From assembly GCA_026985075.1 (NCBI GenBank), contig JALSQX010000005.1:21417-85416 (forward strand): a stretch of DNA of 64,000 nucleotides, written 5' to 3'. The notes beneath the pieces were generated by a model. That model saw only the letters and a program-made list of their open reading frames with translations. It made no database searches and was not told the DNA's origin. A program made the position numbers and the translations under genes. Shown here piece by piece: positions 8,539-18,875 of the stretch. This stretch comes from Blastocatellia bacterium (GTDB lineage Bacteria > Acidobacteriota > Blastocatellia > HR10 > J050). Numbering within the stretch: position 1 is the stretch's first letter; every line of letters starts with the position of its first letter.

Positions 8539-11031
8539 TTATTTGTAGACGGCGACGTCGGCTTTTCGGAGGATCTGTTGATGGTAGAAGAACCCACGCC
8601 TGAGAACGCGGGCGATAGCTTGACTGCGGCCGCCGGCGACGAGTTCGACAATATTGTGTTCCTCTGGTTGAAAGGGCTCCATGGGAATGGGGAGAATAGA
8701 CTTCATCCCGGCCGCCTGGAAGAGGTCTTTCAGCCGCCGCTCAAGGTCGTCATCCTGGCCTGGCGGAGCCACCTGACGATCGCAATAATCGATGGCGGCG
8801 ATGAGTTCTTCGGTCACCAGGCGATCGAGTTGCTGCTGGATATAGGCTCGTGGATCGGCGAATTTATCGATGGCCTCCTTCACAACACGCCCCAACTCTT
8901 CCAGGAAGATCATCCGCCCGGTGGGGCTGGCCGAGACCTGAATATGCAACTCCAGTTCTAATTGCCGACTCTCCAGTTGACTTCGGATGTGGACGATCTC
9001 CCGATGCAATCGCCGCGCTCGCTCTATGGCCCGACGAAGCTCATCGGGTTGGGTCCCCTGCTCTAGTGACAATCCTCGGGTGAGGTTCTCCAAGGCCGAG
9101 ACGATGGCCACCGCGCGTTCGGCCACCTCATCCAGCTCACCGGGCGAAGGGAGTTCCTCTTGAAAGAAGCGGTTGAGCATCTCCCCGGCGCGCTCGATGG
9201 TCGCCTCGATGGCCTGTTTACCGGAGCTTTCCATATGACCGGCGAAGATGAGCCCCAGGAGCCGAGCATAGAGGCGATCCTCGGTCGCTGGGGAGGGGAG
9301 CTTCGGGCGTGGAGTGACAGAAGAATCTCGTTCGGGGAGCATCCACTGACGAACGTGGTCGGTGATCTCCTGAAGTCGCTGATGATCCCGCTCGGATTGC
9401 TCACGTTGCTGCTTCAGCTCGCCGACCTGTTGGGCCAGGGCGCGTTCTAATTGGTCCATGCGCGCGCGAAGGGATTGCGTCTGCTTTTCCAGTTCTGCCT
9501 GAAGATCCCGGTTCAGTCGGTCAACGGTGAGAGCGAGGTCTTCTTGTATCTCCCGAACAGAGGGAGGTTGGGGGTGACTTTGAAGTCTTTGTTCTAACTC
9601 GTCCAACCGGTCGTTAATTTTATAGATATCGAGAACGGCCTCTTCGAGGGTTCCCAACTTCTGCTCGATCGTGAGCAGCTCTTTGGTGTGGATTTGAACC
9701 GTCTGAGTGAGATCGAGACCGGTGCGCTCCGGGTCACTGGGAGCATGTTGGAGAAGGGAGAGGTTCCTTCCGGGCCTCTCGGTCAAGCCTTCCTTCTCTG
9801 TTCGGCCTGATCGGGAGATCATACCCATTCGGCGCCACCACCGCCGGCGGCGCGGCTCGAGCCGTTCCGAAGGTTGGAGCTCGTCCTCCGAAGCCTTCTG
9901 TTGAGGGCGTTCCGGTTGTCGGGACGCCTGACGCTGCCGAACATATCGTCCAGCGAATCGGGCCAGCATCACTCCCATAAGGATGGCCAGTCCAATGAGC
10001 ACGGCGCGCCAGAGGGGGGACTCCAGGGCGTCGCGGAAGAACATCCTGGCGATCGCCATCAGCGAAGATGGTTCCCACTGGATGGGCATGACCCGACGCG
10101 GCCCGTGGGGTCGGACCCGGCCGGCCGCTATCGCTGCTCGCGCCACCGAAGGGGTGTCGCCAACCAATGTCGCTTCACCACCCTCGATGATCACGTTGGC
10201 CTGGCCGGCCTTTTTTGCCGCTTCTCTGAATGCGACCTGGAGAGTCAGTATCTTCTTGAAGCCGAACCATTGTTCATTGACCACATCCTGAGTCGATTCC
10301 AGCGTCGTGATTTCAGCCGATGTCTTCGGCGCCCAGATGCGAAGTCCTTCAGGAATATTGTGGAAACGAATGAACGTCCATCCAATGGGATCGCCGCGAA
10401 TCGAGAGCTTTTGGGGCTCGGGATAAGTTCCTTCCCCGGTGAAGAAATGTAATCGGGATGGTTCAACGGCGATGAGGTGGCGATCCGTCTCCCAAAAAAA
10501 CTTCAAGTAGTGCTTTTCGCCCTGGGCGGTGACGTGTCTCTCAGCAGCCAGTTGCCTGGCCCGCTCGGGCGTGCTCGGTTGACTCCTTCCATCAGGAAGG
10601 TGACCGATGAGATACTGGACGCTCACCGGTGAGGTGGCCGTGGCCTCGATCATCAGCGTGAGGGTGAACGTTCGTCGGAAGGGGTACCACCGTCCGGGCA
10701 GAATCTCCCCTTCTTCCCGACCAGTGGGAAGATCGCCAATGAGCTCGACATCTGGCGAGGGGAAATCGAACCGGATGAAGCGCCAGCCCCCGCGACTCAT
10801 TGTGAATCGGAGTGAGACCGCAATGGGAAGTTGACCGGTGAACGAATCGCTCACATCCTGGGTCATGGAACGAGGAGCAGAGATCTCTACCGTCACGAGG
10901 GGCGAGACAGGATGGGCCATCCCACGGACGACAGATCCAACGAGGACATCGATGAAGAGGACCGCTGAGATGATCGCATAATGGCGCCTCATAGGCCTTT
11001 CTCTGGAAACGTCAACAGTCTGGCGTCCCAA
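8539..11031 (-). CDS. 830-aa membrane protein: N-terminal TM, about 330-aa extracytoplasmic domain, second TM, about 300-aa coiled coil, C-terminal GrpE-like domain.
   Basis: Hydrophobic segments YAIISAVLFIDVLVGSVV and LWRAVLIGLAILMGVMLARFAG. Heptad-rich Q/E/L/R region. C-terminus PFQPEEHNIVELV...RGFFYHQQILRKADVAVYK aligns to the GrpE C-terminal PLDPNVHQAIAMV...KGYTLNGRTIRAAMVTVAK. Confidence 0.7.
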   Translation of the reverse strand: MGRQTVDVSRERPMRRHYAIISAVLFIDVLVGSVVRGMAHPVSPLVTVEISAPRSMTQDVSDSFTGQLPIAVSLRFTMSRGGWRFIRFDFPSPDVELIGDLPTGREEGEILPGRWYPFRRTFTLTLMIEATATSPVSVQYLIGHLPDGRSQPSTPERARQLAAERHVTAQGEKHYLKFFWETDRHLIAVEPSRLHFFTGEGTYPEPQKLSIRGDPIGWTFIRFHNIPEGLRIWAPKTSAEITTLESTQDVVNEQWFGFKKILTLQVAFREAAKKAGQANVIIEGGEATLVGDTPSVARAAIAAGRVRPHGPRRVMPIQWEPSSLMAIARMFFRDALESPLWRAVLIGLAILMGVMLARFAGRYVRQRQASRQPERPQQKASEDELQPSERLEPRRRRWWRRMGMISRSGRTEKEGLTERPGRNLSLLQHAPSDPERTGLDLTQTVQIHTKELLTIEQKLGTLEEAVLDIYKINDRLDELEQRLQSHPQPPSVREIQEDLALTVDRLNRDLQAELEKQTQSLRARMDQLERALAQQVGELKQQREQSERDHQRLQEITDHVRQWMLPERDSSVTPRPKLPSPATEDRLYARLLGLIFAGHMESSGKQAIEATIERAGEMLNRFFQEELPSPGELDEVAERAVAIVSALENLTRGLSLEQGTQPDELRRAIERARRLHREIVHIRSQLESRQLELELHIQVSASPTGRMIFLEELGRVVKEAIDKFADPRAYIQQQLDRLVTEELIAAIDYCDRQVAPPGQDDDLERRLKDLFQAAGMKSILPIPMEPFQPEEHNIVELVAGGRSQAIARVLRRGFFYHQQILRKADVAVYK

Positions 11032-11165
11032 CCGGCAAGATAGGAAATCTCACCCTCCGACCTCTCTCCACGTTATATTCTGACCATATTTAGTGGCTGA
11101 GCGCAACCCAATCCAGTGGTGGAGAGACCGGCGACATTCACGAGGCACTGTGGGAATAGTACCAG

Positions 11166-12200
11166 TCAGCCATGATCGACGCGCTGAGCGTCGATAGGAC
11201 GCTCTTCTCTCAGGGAATGAAGGGAGCGATGACGGAGCGCTGATGAGGATCTCAACGCCTCCTGGAGTTTCTCGACCATGCGCCGTTGGATCTCCTCTAG
11301 CCGCCCTTCTACGGTGCAGCCGGCGGCATTGCGATGACCCCCGCCACCGAAATACTCGGCGATCTTGGCGACGTTAATGGCGTCCTTGGAGCGCAGCGAG
11401 GCACGATAGACGTTGGGTCTGACTTCCTTTAAAAAAAGAACGACATCGATATCGGCTACGGCGAGGGGATAGTTGGCCAGTCCATCAGCATCCTCTTCGG
11501 TGGCCTGCGCCGCGGCCAACATCTGTTGGGTCACGGCCAGATAGGCGATGCGGCCCGTCTGGTCGCGCTGCAGGGAACTGAGGGCCAGTCCCATGAGCTT
11601 CAGTTTGCTGAACGGTTGCGAGTAATAAATGGCGCGGGAGATGCGCGCCGGATTGGCTCCGAGCCGGATGAGCTCGCTAGCCACCTTGAGCGTGCGGGCG
11701 GTCGTATTGGGGAAATGGAACGAGCCGGTGTCCGTCAGCAGGGCGGCATAAATGCACTCGGCAATCTCAGCAGTCACGCGCGCTCCCGTCGCTTTGCACA
11801 GGTTGTAAATCATTTCACCTACTGCCGACGCCGTCGAGTCGATCCAATTGATATCGCCGAAGCGAACCGTGGTGGTGTGGTGATCGATGTTGACCACGAA
11901 CTGTTCGGAGAGCCCGGGAAGGCCCGGCCGATCGATGTCACTGCATTCGATGACGAAAACGGCGTCGTATTGGTGGGGGTGATCAAATTGGTTGATTCTC
12001 TGCACGCGACGGGCGCCCGGCAGCGTCTGGTATGCTCTGGGAATGTGATCGCGCATCACGACGACGGCGTCTTTGTTCAACTCTTGGAGCATGAGCATCA
12101 GAGCCAGCGAAGACCCCACACTGTCTCCATCCGGTCGAACGTGGGAGGTAATAGCAAATCGGTGTTTGCTGTCGATCAACTCAACGACTTCACTCAGCAT
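11166..12200 (-). CDS. nrnA: DHH/DHHA1 phosphoesterase (NrnA-like oligoribonuclease / pAp phosphatase).
   Basis: ITSHVRPDGDSVGSSLAL, DHH and GGGH motifs. Confidence 0.8.
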   Translation of the reverse strand: MLSEVVELIDSKHRFAITSHVRPDGDSVGSSLALMLMLQELNKDAVVVMRDHIPRAYQTLPGARRVQRINQFDHPHQYDAVFVIECSDIDRPGLPGLSEQFVVNIDHHTTTVRFGDINWIDSTASAVGEMIYNLCKATGARVTAEIAECIYAALLTDTGSFHFPNTTARTLKVASELIRLGANPARISRAIYYSQPFSKLKLMGLALSSLQRDQTGRIAYLAVTQQMLAAAQATEEDADGLANYPLAVADIDVVLFLKEVRPNVYRASLRSKDAINVAKIAEYFGGGGHRNAAGCTVEGRLEEIQRRMVEKLQEALRSSSALRHRSLHSLREERPIDAQRVDHG

Positions 12201-12209
12201 GACTCTCTC

Positions 12210-12563
12210 TCAATCTTCGGGATCTTTCGCCGTCTCTGCCAGAAGTTCGTCAATTCGCGCCGCCACTTCCAGCGTATCATCATAATAGAATTTGAGTTCG
12301 GGAATGAAGCGAAGGCGAAGCCGAGGGTAAAGCTGGTGGCGGATGAAGCCAGCCGCTCGATTGAGTCCGTGCACGGTCTGGTCGATTTCCTCGCGCGATC
12401 CCGTGATGGTCACGTACACCCGGGCGTGGCGCAAATCCGGACTCACTTTGACGTGGGTCACGGTCGCCGGTTTGATCCGGCGATCCTCCAATTCATAGTG
12501 AATGATTTGACTGATCTCTTGTTTGAGCAATTCGGCCACACGAGCTGGTCGATAAGGTTTCAT
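12210..12563 (-). CDS. rbfA: Ribosome-binding factor A.
   Basis: MKPYRPARVAELLKQEISQII and VTHVKVSPDLRHARVYV. Confidence 0.9.
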   Translation of the reverse strand: MKPYRPARVAELLKQEISQIIHYELEDRRIKPATVTHVKVSPDLRHARVYVTITGSREEIDQTVHGLNRAAGFIRHQLYPRLRLRFIPELKFYYDDTLEVAARIDELLAETAKDPED

Positions 12564-12586
12564 CGTGACGCTCCTCGCTTCACTCC

Positions 12587-15163
12587 TCACAGCGCTTGAG
12601 CGACTCGTTCCACCGTGAAGACCTCGATGATGTCGCCCGGCTTAATGTCGTTATAATCCTCCAATCGAATACCACACTCGAATCCTTGTTTCACTTCCGT
12701 AGCATCCTCCTTGAATCGCTTGAGCGATTGAATGGTGCCCTCGTAAATGACGACGTTGTCCCGCAGCAGGCGCGCCCGGGCATTTCGTCGCACTACTCCC
12801 TCGGTGACCATGCAGCCAGCGACGTTGCCCACCTTGGGGATATGGAAGATTTGCCGGATCTCCGCCTGTCCAAGACGGACTTCTCGCTCTGTCGGTTCGA
12901 GCAAACCTTCCATGGCTTTTCGAATTTCTTCCTCCACTTTATAGATCACCGAATGGAAGCGAATGTCCACGTGTTCTTGACGGGCCAACTCCGCCGCTCG
13001 AGGTTCAGGACGAACGTTGAAACCGATAACGATGGCCGTGCGATCCATTTGATTGGCGGCGCTGGCCAGGAGGACGTCTGACTCGGTGATAGCACCTACA
13101 CCACTGCGGATGATCGTCACTTTCACTTTTGGACTGGAGAGCTTCTCCAGCGTTTGTCGAAGCGCCTCCAGGGACCCTTGGACATCGGCCTTGAGGATCA
13201 GTTGGAGTTCTTTCAGTTGTCCCGCTTGCAGGCGCTCGTAGAGTTGCTCAAGCGACGTGGCCGCGGTGACTCGGGCTCGCGCCTGGCGCTCGGCCGTCTG
13301 GCGGAGCGAGCTGATGCGCTGAGCCGTGGTCAGGTCGTCGACGACGATGAGCCGATCTCCGGCTTCGGGCACGGCTTCCAGTCCCGTCACTTCAACGGGC
13401 GTCGCGGGTGGAGCTTCAGCGAGTCGCCTCCCTCGGTGATCGAACATGGCCCGCACGCGACCAAACGTCGTGCCCACCAGAAACGCGTCGCCCACACGAA
13501 GGGTGCCCTGTCCGACGAGAATGGTGGCCACCGGACCACGCCCTCGGTCGAGCTTGCTCTCCAGGACCACGCCCGCCGCTTTTCGGTTGGGATTGGCTTT
13601 GAGGTCCAGCAAATCGGCAGTGAGCAGGATCATCTCCAGGAGCTCATCGAGATTGATGCGCTGCTTGGCCGAAACTTCCACCATGACCGTATCGCCTCCC
13701 CAGCCGTCCCACACGAGGCCGTGATCGGCCAGCTCTTTCTTGACGCGCTCGGGATTGGCTTCCGGTTTGTCGATCTTATTGATGGCGACGATGATGGGCA
13801 CGTTCGCCGCTCGCGCGTGCTCGATAGCCTCGATCGTCTGTGGCATGACGCCGTCGTCGGCGGCCACCACGAGCACGACGATGTCGGTCACTTGAGCGCC
13901 GCGAGCGCGCATCATCGTGAAAGCCTCATGGCCGGGGGTATCCAGAAACACGATCTGGCGCTTCTGTCCCGGAGCATCGGGATCATCGACCTCCACGGTG
14001 TAGGCGCCGATGTGCTGGGTGATGCCTCCCACCTCCGATTCGGCCACATGGGTTTCCCGAATGGCATCCAGGAGGCTCGTCTTCCCATGATCCACGTGCC
14101 CCATGACCGTGACCACCGGCGCGCGCGGCACGAGGACCTCTTCTTCTCCCGCGGCGAGCAGCTGCTCGATGACCGCCTCTTCGGCCAACTCTTCGAAGGA
14201 GGCGAAGTGAATATCATAGCCCAGTTCGCGGCCAATCTCTTTAGCGATGTCAGGTTCCAAGGGCTGATTAATGGTGGCCATAATTCCTCGTTTGAGGAGT
14301 CGCTGCATCACGTCGCGGGGGCGGACGTCTAACTTCTCGGAGAATTCCTTCACCGTGATGCCCTCCATGAGCTTGACCGTTCGGAGTTCAGCGGTGGTTG
14401 GCTTGGCGACGGCCGCCGCGGCCGGGCGCTCTTTGACGGGTACGCGTTTTTTCACTGGTGGGCGCGGTGGGCGACGACGACGGCGACGGTCATCGCGTGG
14501 GGGCACGTACACGCGATCTGAGATATCCATGGGCTTGGGGGGCGTCTGGGGCCGCGCGGGGGCTGAGGGGCGCAGAACGGTGACTTTCATCCCCGGCGGA
14601 GATGGGGGCGTTTGGCGGGCCGGCTGTGGGGGGGACGGTTCCGTCACTTCTGCTTTCGCCGCCGCCGTGGCCGGAGGCGCAGGGGACGGCTTGGTGGCTG
14701 GAGGGGCCGCTGGAGGCCGAACTAATTTCAGCGGTGTGACTTTCACCGCAGGCTGCGGTTCGGTCGACGGCTCTTCACCCTTTGGCGGCTTTTTCTTCAA
14801 TCGAACCGCTTTCATCTTCGGTGCCGGAGGCTCGGGGGGCGTCTTCTTCTTTTCGGCGCGAACGGGGGCCTCCATGGCCGCCGGCGCGGCGGGCTTTTCG
14901 ACAACCGTCGGCTCAGGGGATGTTGGCTCGGTGGAAACGGTCTCCGCCGGTTTCTCCTTGACTTTCTTCACCAGACGGACTTTCGGTTTCTTGGGTTCGA
15001 CTTTCTTAACGTAGTATTTGGACCGAATTTTCTCGGCCTCTTCTTCCGTGATCGAGTTAGAGGCCACGCGCACATCGAGGCCGAGACGGCGGGCGTCTTC
15101 AATCACCCGCTTGGGCTCGAGTTTGAGCTGTTTGGCGAGTTCGTAAATTCGTATTTTCCCCAT
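12587..15163 (-). CDS. infB: Translation initiation factor IF-2.
   Basis: [20 protein letters not shown] and NKIDK G-domain motifs. Pro/Ala/Lys-rich N-terminus. Confidence 0.95.
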   Translation of the reverse strand: MGKIRIYELAKQLKLEPKRVIEDARRLGLDVRVASNSITEEEAEKIRSKYYVKKVEPKKPKVRLVKKVKEKPAETVSTEPTSPEPTVVEKPAAPAAMEAPVRAEKKKTPPEPPAPKMKAVRLKKKPPKGEEPSTEPQPAVKVTPLKLVRPPAAPPATKPSPAPPATAAAKAEVTEPSPPQPARQTPPSPPGMKVTVLRPSAPARPQTPPKPMDISDRVYVPPRDDRRRRRRPPRPPVKKRVPVKERPAAAAVAKPTTAELRTVKLMEGITVKEFSEKLDVRPRDVMQRLLKRGIMATINQPLEPDIAKEIGRELGYDIHFASFEELAEEAVIEQLLAAGEEEVLVPRAPVVTVMGHVDHGKTSLLDAIRETHVAESEVGGITQHIGAYTVEVDDPDAPGQKRQIVFLDTPGHEAFTMMRARGAQVTDIVVLVVAADDGVMPQTIEAIEHARAANVPIIVAINKIDKPEANPERVKKELADHGLVWDGWGGDTVMVEVSAKQRINLDELLEMILLTADLLDLKANPNRKAAGVVLESKLDRGRGPVATILVGQGTLRVGDAFLVGTTFGRVRAMFDHRGRRLAEAPPATPVEVTGLEAVPEAGDRLIVVDDLTTAQRISSLRQTAERQARARVTAATSLEQLYERLQAGQLKELQLILKADVQGSLEALRQTLEKLSSPKVKVTIIRSGVGAITESDVLLASAANQMDRTAIVIGFNVRPEPRAAELARQEHVDIRFHSVIYKVEEEIRKAMEGLLEPTEREVRLGQAEIRQIFHIPKVGNVAGCMVTEGVVRRNARARLLRDNVVIYEGTIQSLKRFKEDATEVKQGFECGIRLEDYNDIKPGDIIEVFTVERVAQAL

Positions 15164-15208
15164 AAACTTCCCTCTCAGCGCCCCGCATCAGCAGGGGATG
15201 CGGGCTCT

Positions 15209-16903
15209 TCAAGACGACGCTTCCAGTTCGCTCTGCGACGTTGCGGCCTGAGCGTCTCGCTCGGCCCGGGTGGGCGTTGGTTCGCTTTCGGAGTCATCTG
15301 GCGAACGGGTTGCCTCTTCTTCCCCCGATCCATCCGCTCCTGTCGGTGAAGGACGCTCTTGAGTTGACGGCCTGACCGAGGATTCGCCGCTCATCTCGCC
15401 GCTACTTGGCGGCTGGCCCACCGGGACGGACGCCTCTCGAGGGGGAGGCGCGGTAGTCGGTGACGACGTCGAAGCCTCTTGGGCTGTGGCGTCTTCCGGG
15501 GAGGGACCGGTCGAAGGGGCCATCGCTTCAGTGGTCGCCGACTCCTCAGCGGTCGCCTCTGCGGGCTCAGCCTTCGGCGGGGTGGTGGGGACAGGCTCCG
15601 TCTCTCGTGCCTGAGAGACGAGGACTGACTGAGCCACCTGTTTGAGCTGTGTGGCGCGATCCAGACTAATATCGAGTTTCTCGGCCAGTTCGTCGAGGTC
15701 GGCCTCGACCAGTTCCTCCAAGGTCGCGTATCCCTGGGCGGCGAGGCGATGCACCATATCTGCTCCGAGTTGGAGTCGAGCGACCTCCAGGGGCGTTGCA
15801 CCCGGCGAGATGAGCTGTTCGATCTGGGAGGCCACTTCCCGCTTCACGTCCGATTCGCTACGAATGTCGATGTTCCAGCCCACCAGTCGCGCCGCCAGGC
15901 GCACATTCTGCCCCTGTTTGCCAATGGCCAGCGAGAGTTGGTCATCCTCGACGATGACCTCGACCTTCTTCTGCACCGGATCGATGATTTGGACCTTATT
16001 GACCTTGGCCGGACTGAGCGCATTGGCCACAAAGATCGCCGGATTCTCCGACCATTCAATGATGTCGATCTTCTCGCCATGTAGCTCCCGTATCACGGCC
16101 TGAACGCGACTTCCCTTCATCCCCACGCAGGCGCCGACGGGATCAACGTCGCGGTCGATTGAGGTGACGGCAATCTTGGCCCGCTCGCCCGGCTCCCGGA
16201 CCGCTCCTTTGATCTGGACCGTGCCATCATAGATTTCGGGAACCTCCATCTCGAACAGGCGAATCAGCAATTCGGGACAGGTCCGCGAGAGGATGATCTG
16301 CTGTCCATGGGTTTCCTTGACCTCTTTGGTCACTTTGATGATCACGGCGCGAATGCGCTCATTGAGCGAGAACTTCTCCGCCTTCGACTGTTCCGACCGC
16401 GGCAACAGGGCTTCCACCGATCCCAGATCGACGATGATATCGCCCCGTTTTTCAAACCGTTTCACGAAGCCGTGAACCAACTCGCCCACTCGCTGGATGT
16501 ATTCTTCGTAGATATTCTGCCGTTCGGCCTCGCGGACCTTCTGGGTGATGACTTGCTTGGCCACCTGGGCAGCAATACGGCCCATGCCCTCAAAGGGGCG
16601 CTGGATCTCCAGGATATCGCCCACCTCGGCTCCCTCGACCAACTCGTTGGCTTCTTCCAGGCTGATCTCTCGAGCGGGATCGGTGACTTCCTCGACAACC
16701 GTCATCCGGGCGAAGATCTCGATCTGTCCCGTTTCGGCGTTGTAGCGCACGTCAACATCTTCGCCCAGGTGGCGATACTGCTTCTGATAGGCCTTCAAGA
16801 CGGCCTCGGTGATCGCCTCGATAATGGTTTGGGGGTCGATATTTTTCTCCCGACTCAGCAATTCAATGTTCTCTGCGATCGGGCTCGAATTTGCGCTTGC
16901 CAT
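15209..16903 (-). CDS. nusA: Transcription termination/antitermination factor NusA, with an acidic low-complexity C-terminal tail.
   Basis: Core sequence from MASANS... through the NusA N-domain, S1 and KH domains. The tail is S/T/E/P-rich. Confidence 0.95.
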   Translation of the reverse strand: MASANSSPIAENIELLSREKNIDPQTIIEAITEAVLKAYQKQYRHLGEDVDVRYNAETGQIEIFARMTVVEEVTDPAREISLEEANELVEGAEVGDILEIQRPFEGMGRIAAQVAKQVITQKVREAERQNIYEEYIQRVGELVHGFVKRFEKRGDIIVDLGSVEALLPRSEQSKAEKFSLNERIRAVIIKVTKEVKETHGQQIILSRTCPELLIRLFEMEVPEIYDGTVQIKGAVREPGERAKIAVTSIDRDVDPVGACVGMKGSRVQAVIRELHGEKIDIIEWSENPAIFVANALSPAKVNKVQIIDPVQKKVEVIVEDDQLSLAIGKQGQNVRLAARLVGWNIDIRSESDVKREVASQIEQLISPGATPLEVARLQLGADMVHRLAAQGYATLEELVEADLDELAEKLDISLDRATQLKQVAQSVLVSQARETEPVPTTPPKAEPAEATAEESATTEAMAPSTGPSPEDATAQEASTSSPTTAPPPREASVPVGQPPSSGEMSGESSVRPSTQERPSPTGADGSGEEEATRSPDDSESEPTPTRAERDAQAATSQSELEASS

Positions 16904-17004
16904 ATATCTCCCTCTCAAACAACAAATTTGCTCATCAGCGGCATTGACTCCGTCCCCTCATGTGGGCGGCTCTGGTCATGCAGCTTCTTCTGGATCGGTG
17001 CTCC

Positions 17005-17484
17005 TTATTTGTGCTTTCCCCAAGCAAAAATCAGATGTGCTTTCCGGATTTGTTGATAAGGAATGCGAACGTCTTTCCCCAGTCGATGCTCGCGAATGGT
17101 GACGGTATCGCCGCTGATGCCGAGCAATTCGCCTTGGAACGTTCGGCGTCCTTCGATCTGCTCGTGAGTGTGAATCTTCGCTTCGCGTCCAGCGAATCGC
17201 TCATAATCAGCCTTTTTGTGAAGCCTCCGCTCTAAGCCGGGTGAACACACTTCCAGGATGTATCGATTCGGGATAGGATCTTCAACATCCAACATGACGC
17301 TCACATGCTGGCTCACTTGCGCACAGTCGTCGATGGTGACGCCTCCGGGCTTGTCAATGTAAAGCCGCAACGTCATATTCCGGCGCTGACCGACCAGCTC
17401 TACATGGACCAACTCGAAGCCGTCGCCCACCACAATCGGCTCGATCATTTCCGTGATCCGTTGTGTCAACTGCTCCCTCGTCAT
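17005..17484 (-). CDS. rimP: Ribosome maturation factor RimP.
   Basis: Position upstream of nusA. DUF150-type sequence. Confidence 0.85.
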   Translation of the reverse strand: MTREQLTQRITEMIEPIVVGDGFELVHVELVGQRRNMTLRLYIDKPGGVTIDDCAQVSQHVSVMLDVEDPIPNRYILEVCSPGLERRLHKKADYERFAGREAKIHTHEQIEGRRTFQGELLGISGDTVTIREHRLGKDVRIPYQQIRKAHLIFAWGKHK

Positions 17485-17495
17485 CACTGCACTTC

Positions 17496-17525
17496 AAAAA
17501 AAAGTGGGCCGCCGCCCACTCTCAC
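17496..17525 (-). terminator. Hairpin plus U8 in the rimP-nusA leader. Intrinsic terminator/attenuator.
   Basis: Minus strand reads AGUGGGCGGCGGCCCACU followed by UUUUUUUU, ending about 12 nt before the rimP ATG. Confidence 0.55.
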
Positions 17526-17553
17526 CCATCTCCACGTGCGAATGTAACAAACT

Positions 17554-17582
17554 AATATAGCCAGTTATTCTCATAAAATCAA
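17554..17582 (-). promoter_or_regulatory. Sigma70-like promoter for rimP-nusA-infB. TTGATT-N17-TATATT.
   Basis: Read on the minus strand. About 60-nt leader to the rimP ATG. Confidence 0.4.
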
Positions 17583-17668
17583 GCCAGAGATCCCGATGAG
17601 ACCATCGCCCCATCTGGGAATCAAGCGATGTCGAGTGATCCCATCGAGGGATGGCGAACAGAAAGAGC

Positions 17669-18718
17669 CTACCGACGCGACGCCTCCGCCCGAGCCGCCA
17701 ACTGTCCGCATGCCGCATCGATGTCGCGACCGCGCGGCATACGAATGAACGCGGGAACACCACGTGCCCTCACGCGCGCCTGGAAGCCAAGGACGCGGTT
17801 CATCGGGGAAGAGCGGAAGGGAAGTTCGGGACTCGGATTGTAAGGGATGAGGTTGACCTTCGCCCGGAGGCCCCGCAATAAGTGGACGAGCTGATCCGCT
17901 TCCTCGTCGCTATCATTGACGCCGTCCAACATGACGTATTCGAAGGTAAGCCATTCCCGCCGGCGAAGAGGATAGCGCCGACAGGCGGCGAGGAGTTCTT
18001 CCAGCGGCCAGCGCTTGTTCAGCGGGATGAGTCGATCGCGAAGCGCATTCGTCGTAGCCGAGAGCGAGATGGCCAGCTCCGGACGAACGGGTTCCTTGGC
18101 CAGATCGTCGATGCCTGGAACCACGCCGGCCGTCGAGAGGGTGATGCGGCGCTGAGAGATCCCCATGCCTTGGGAATCACAAAGTAGACGAATCGCCTTC
18201 ATGACCTGGACGTAATTGAGCAGCGGTTCGCCCATACCCATGAGGACCAGATTGACGCCTCGAGCGGGCGGCCTCCCTACGCCATACTGATCGTTCAACA
18301 GCGCTCCCACTTGGGCGATGATCTCACCGGCCGTCAGGTTGCGTCGCCATCCGAGAACGCCGGTCATGCAGAATTGACAGGCGAGAGGACAGCCAGCCTG
18401 CGTGGAAAGACAGATCGTGTCGCGATCAGCTTCGGGGATCCACACGGCCTCAATCTGTACACCATCCGATGCCCGGAAAAGATAGCGGCGCGTCCCATCG
18501 CTGGATTGAAACACAGATGTCACCTCCAGCGAAGTGACCGTCCACCGCTCTCTTAGCGCAGCTCGCAGTGACTTAGGAAGCTCAGTCATCGCCCCGACAG
18601 CATAATTGCGCCGCTTGTATATTTCATGATAGAGTTGTCGCGCGCGATATGGGGGCACGTCGAAAGGTCGCAGCGTCTCGCTGAGTTCATCCAGTGTTTG
18701 TCCGAGGAGCTCGGTCAT
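17669..18718 (-). CDS. rlmN: 23S rRNA/tRNA m2A methyltransferase RlmN (radical SAM).
   Basis: CQFCMTG radical-SAM motif. Confidence 0.9.
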   Translation of the reverse strand: MTELLGQTLDELSETLRPFDVPPYRARQLYHEIYKRRNYAVGAMTELPKSLRAALRERWTVTSLEVTSVFQSSDGTRRYLFRASDGVQIEAVWIPEADRDTICLSTQAGCPLACQFCMTGVLGWRRNLTAGEIIAQVGALLNDQYGVGRPPARGVNLVLMGMGEPLLNYVQVMKAIRLLCDSQGMGISQRRITLSTAGVVPGIDDLAKEPVRPELAISLSATTNALRDRLIPLNKRWPLEELLAACRRYPLRRREWLTFEYVMLDGVNDSDEEADQLVHLLRGLRAKVNLIPYNPSPELPFRSSPMNRVLGFQARVRARGVPAFIRMPRGRDIDAACGQLAARAEASRR

Positions 18719-18875
18719 GACTCACTCAAAAATAAAGTATACCAGAGAGACCCCATTGGGGCTCAAGCGCCTCAGCGGAAGGGGGACACCACAGTGCCCC
18801 TCTGCCTCGCCGATCATCCCAGGTGGCTCCCCCTGGGCTTGGTCTGTGCTCGGGGGTAGAGTAAAGTTTAGAGAG

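Noticed and set aside
13154-14332. 392-aa plus-strand ORF, and many similar long ORFs (e.g. 5958-6842, 7448-8488, 11526-12599, 14271-15014, 16307-17056, 18726-20102, 21613-22635, 23370-24398, 32676-33467, 40553-41357, 47914-48717, 53199-53975, 62412-63125).
   Set aside because: All lie antisense to, or out of frame within, well-supported genes (infB, rtcB, nrnA, nusA, der, DUF1501/1800, GWxTD, FtsX, beta-helix, RR, Wzz). They have Arg/Gly/Pro-rich shadow-ORF composition typical of high-GC DNA.
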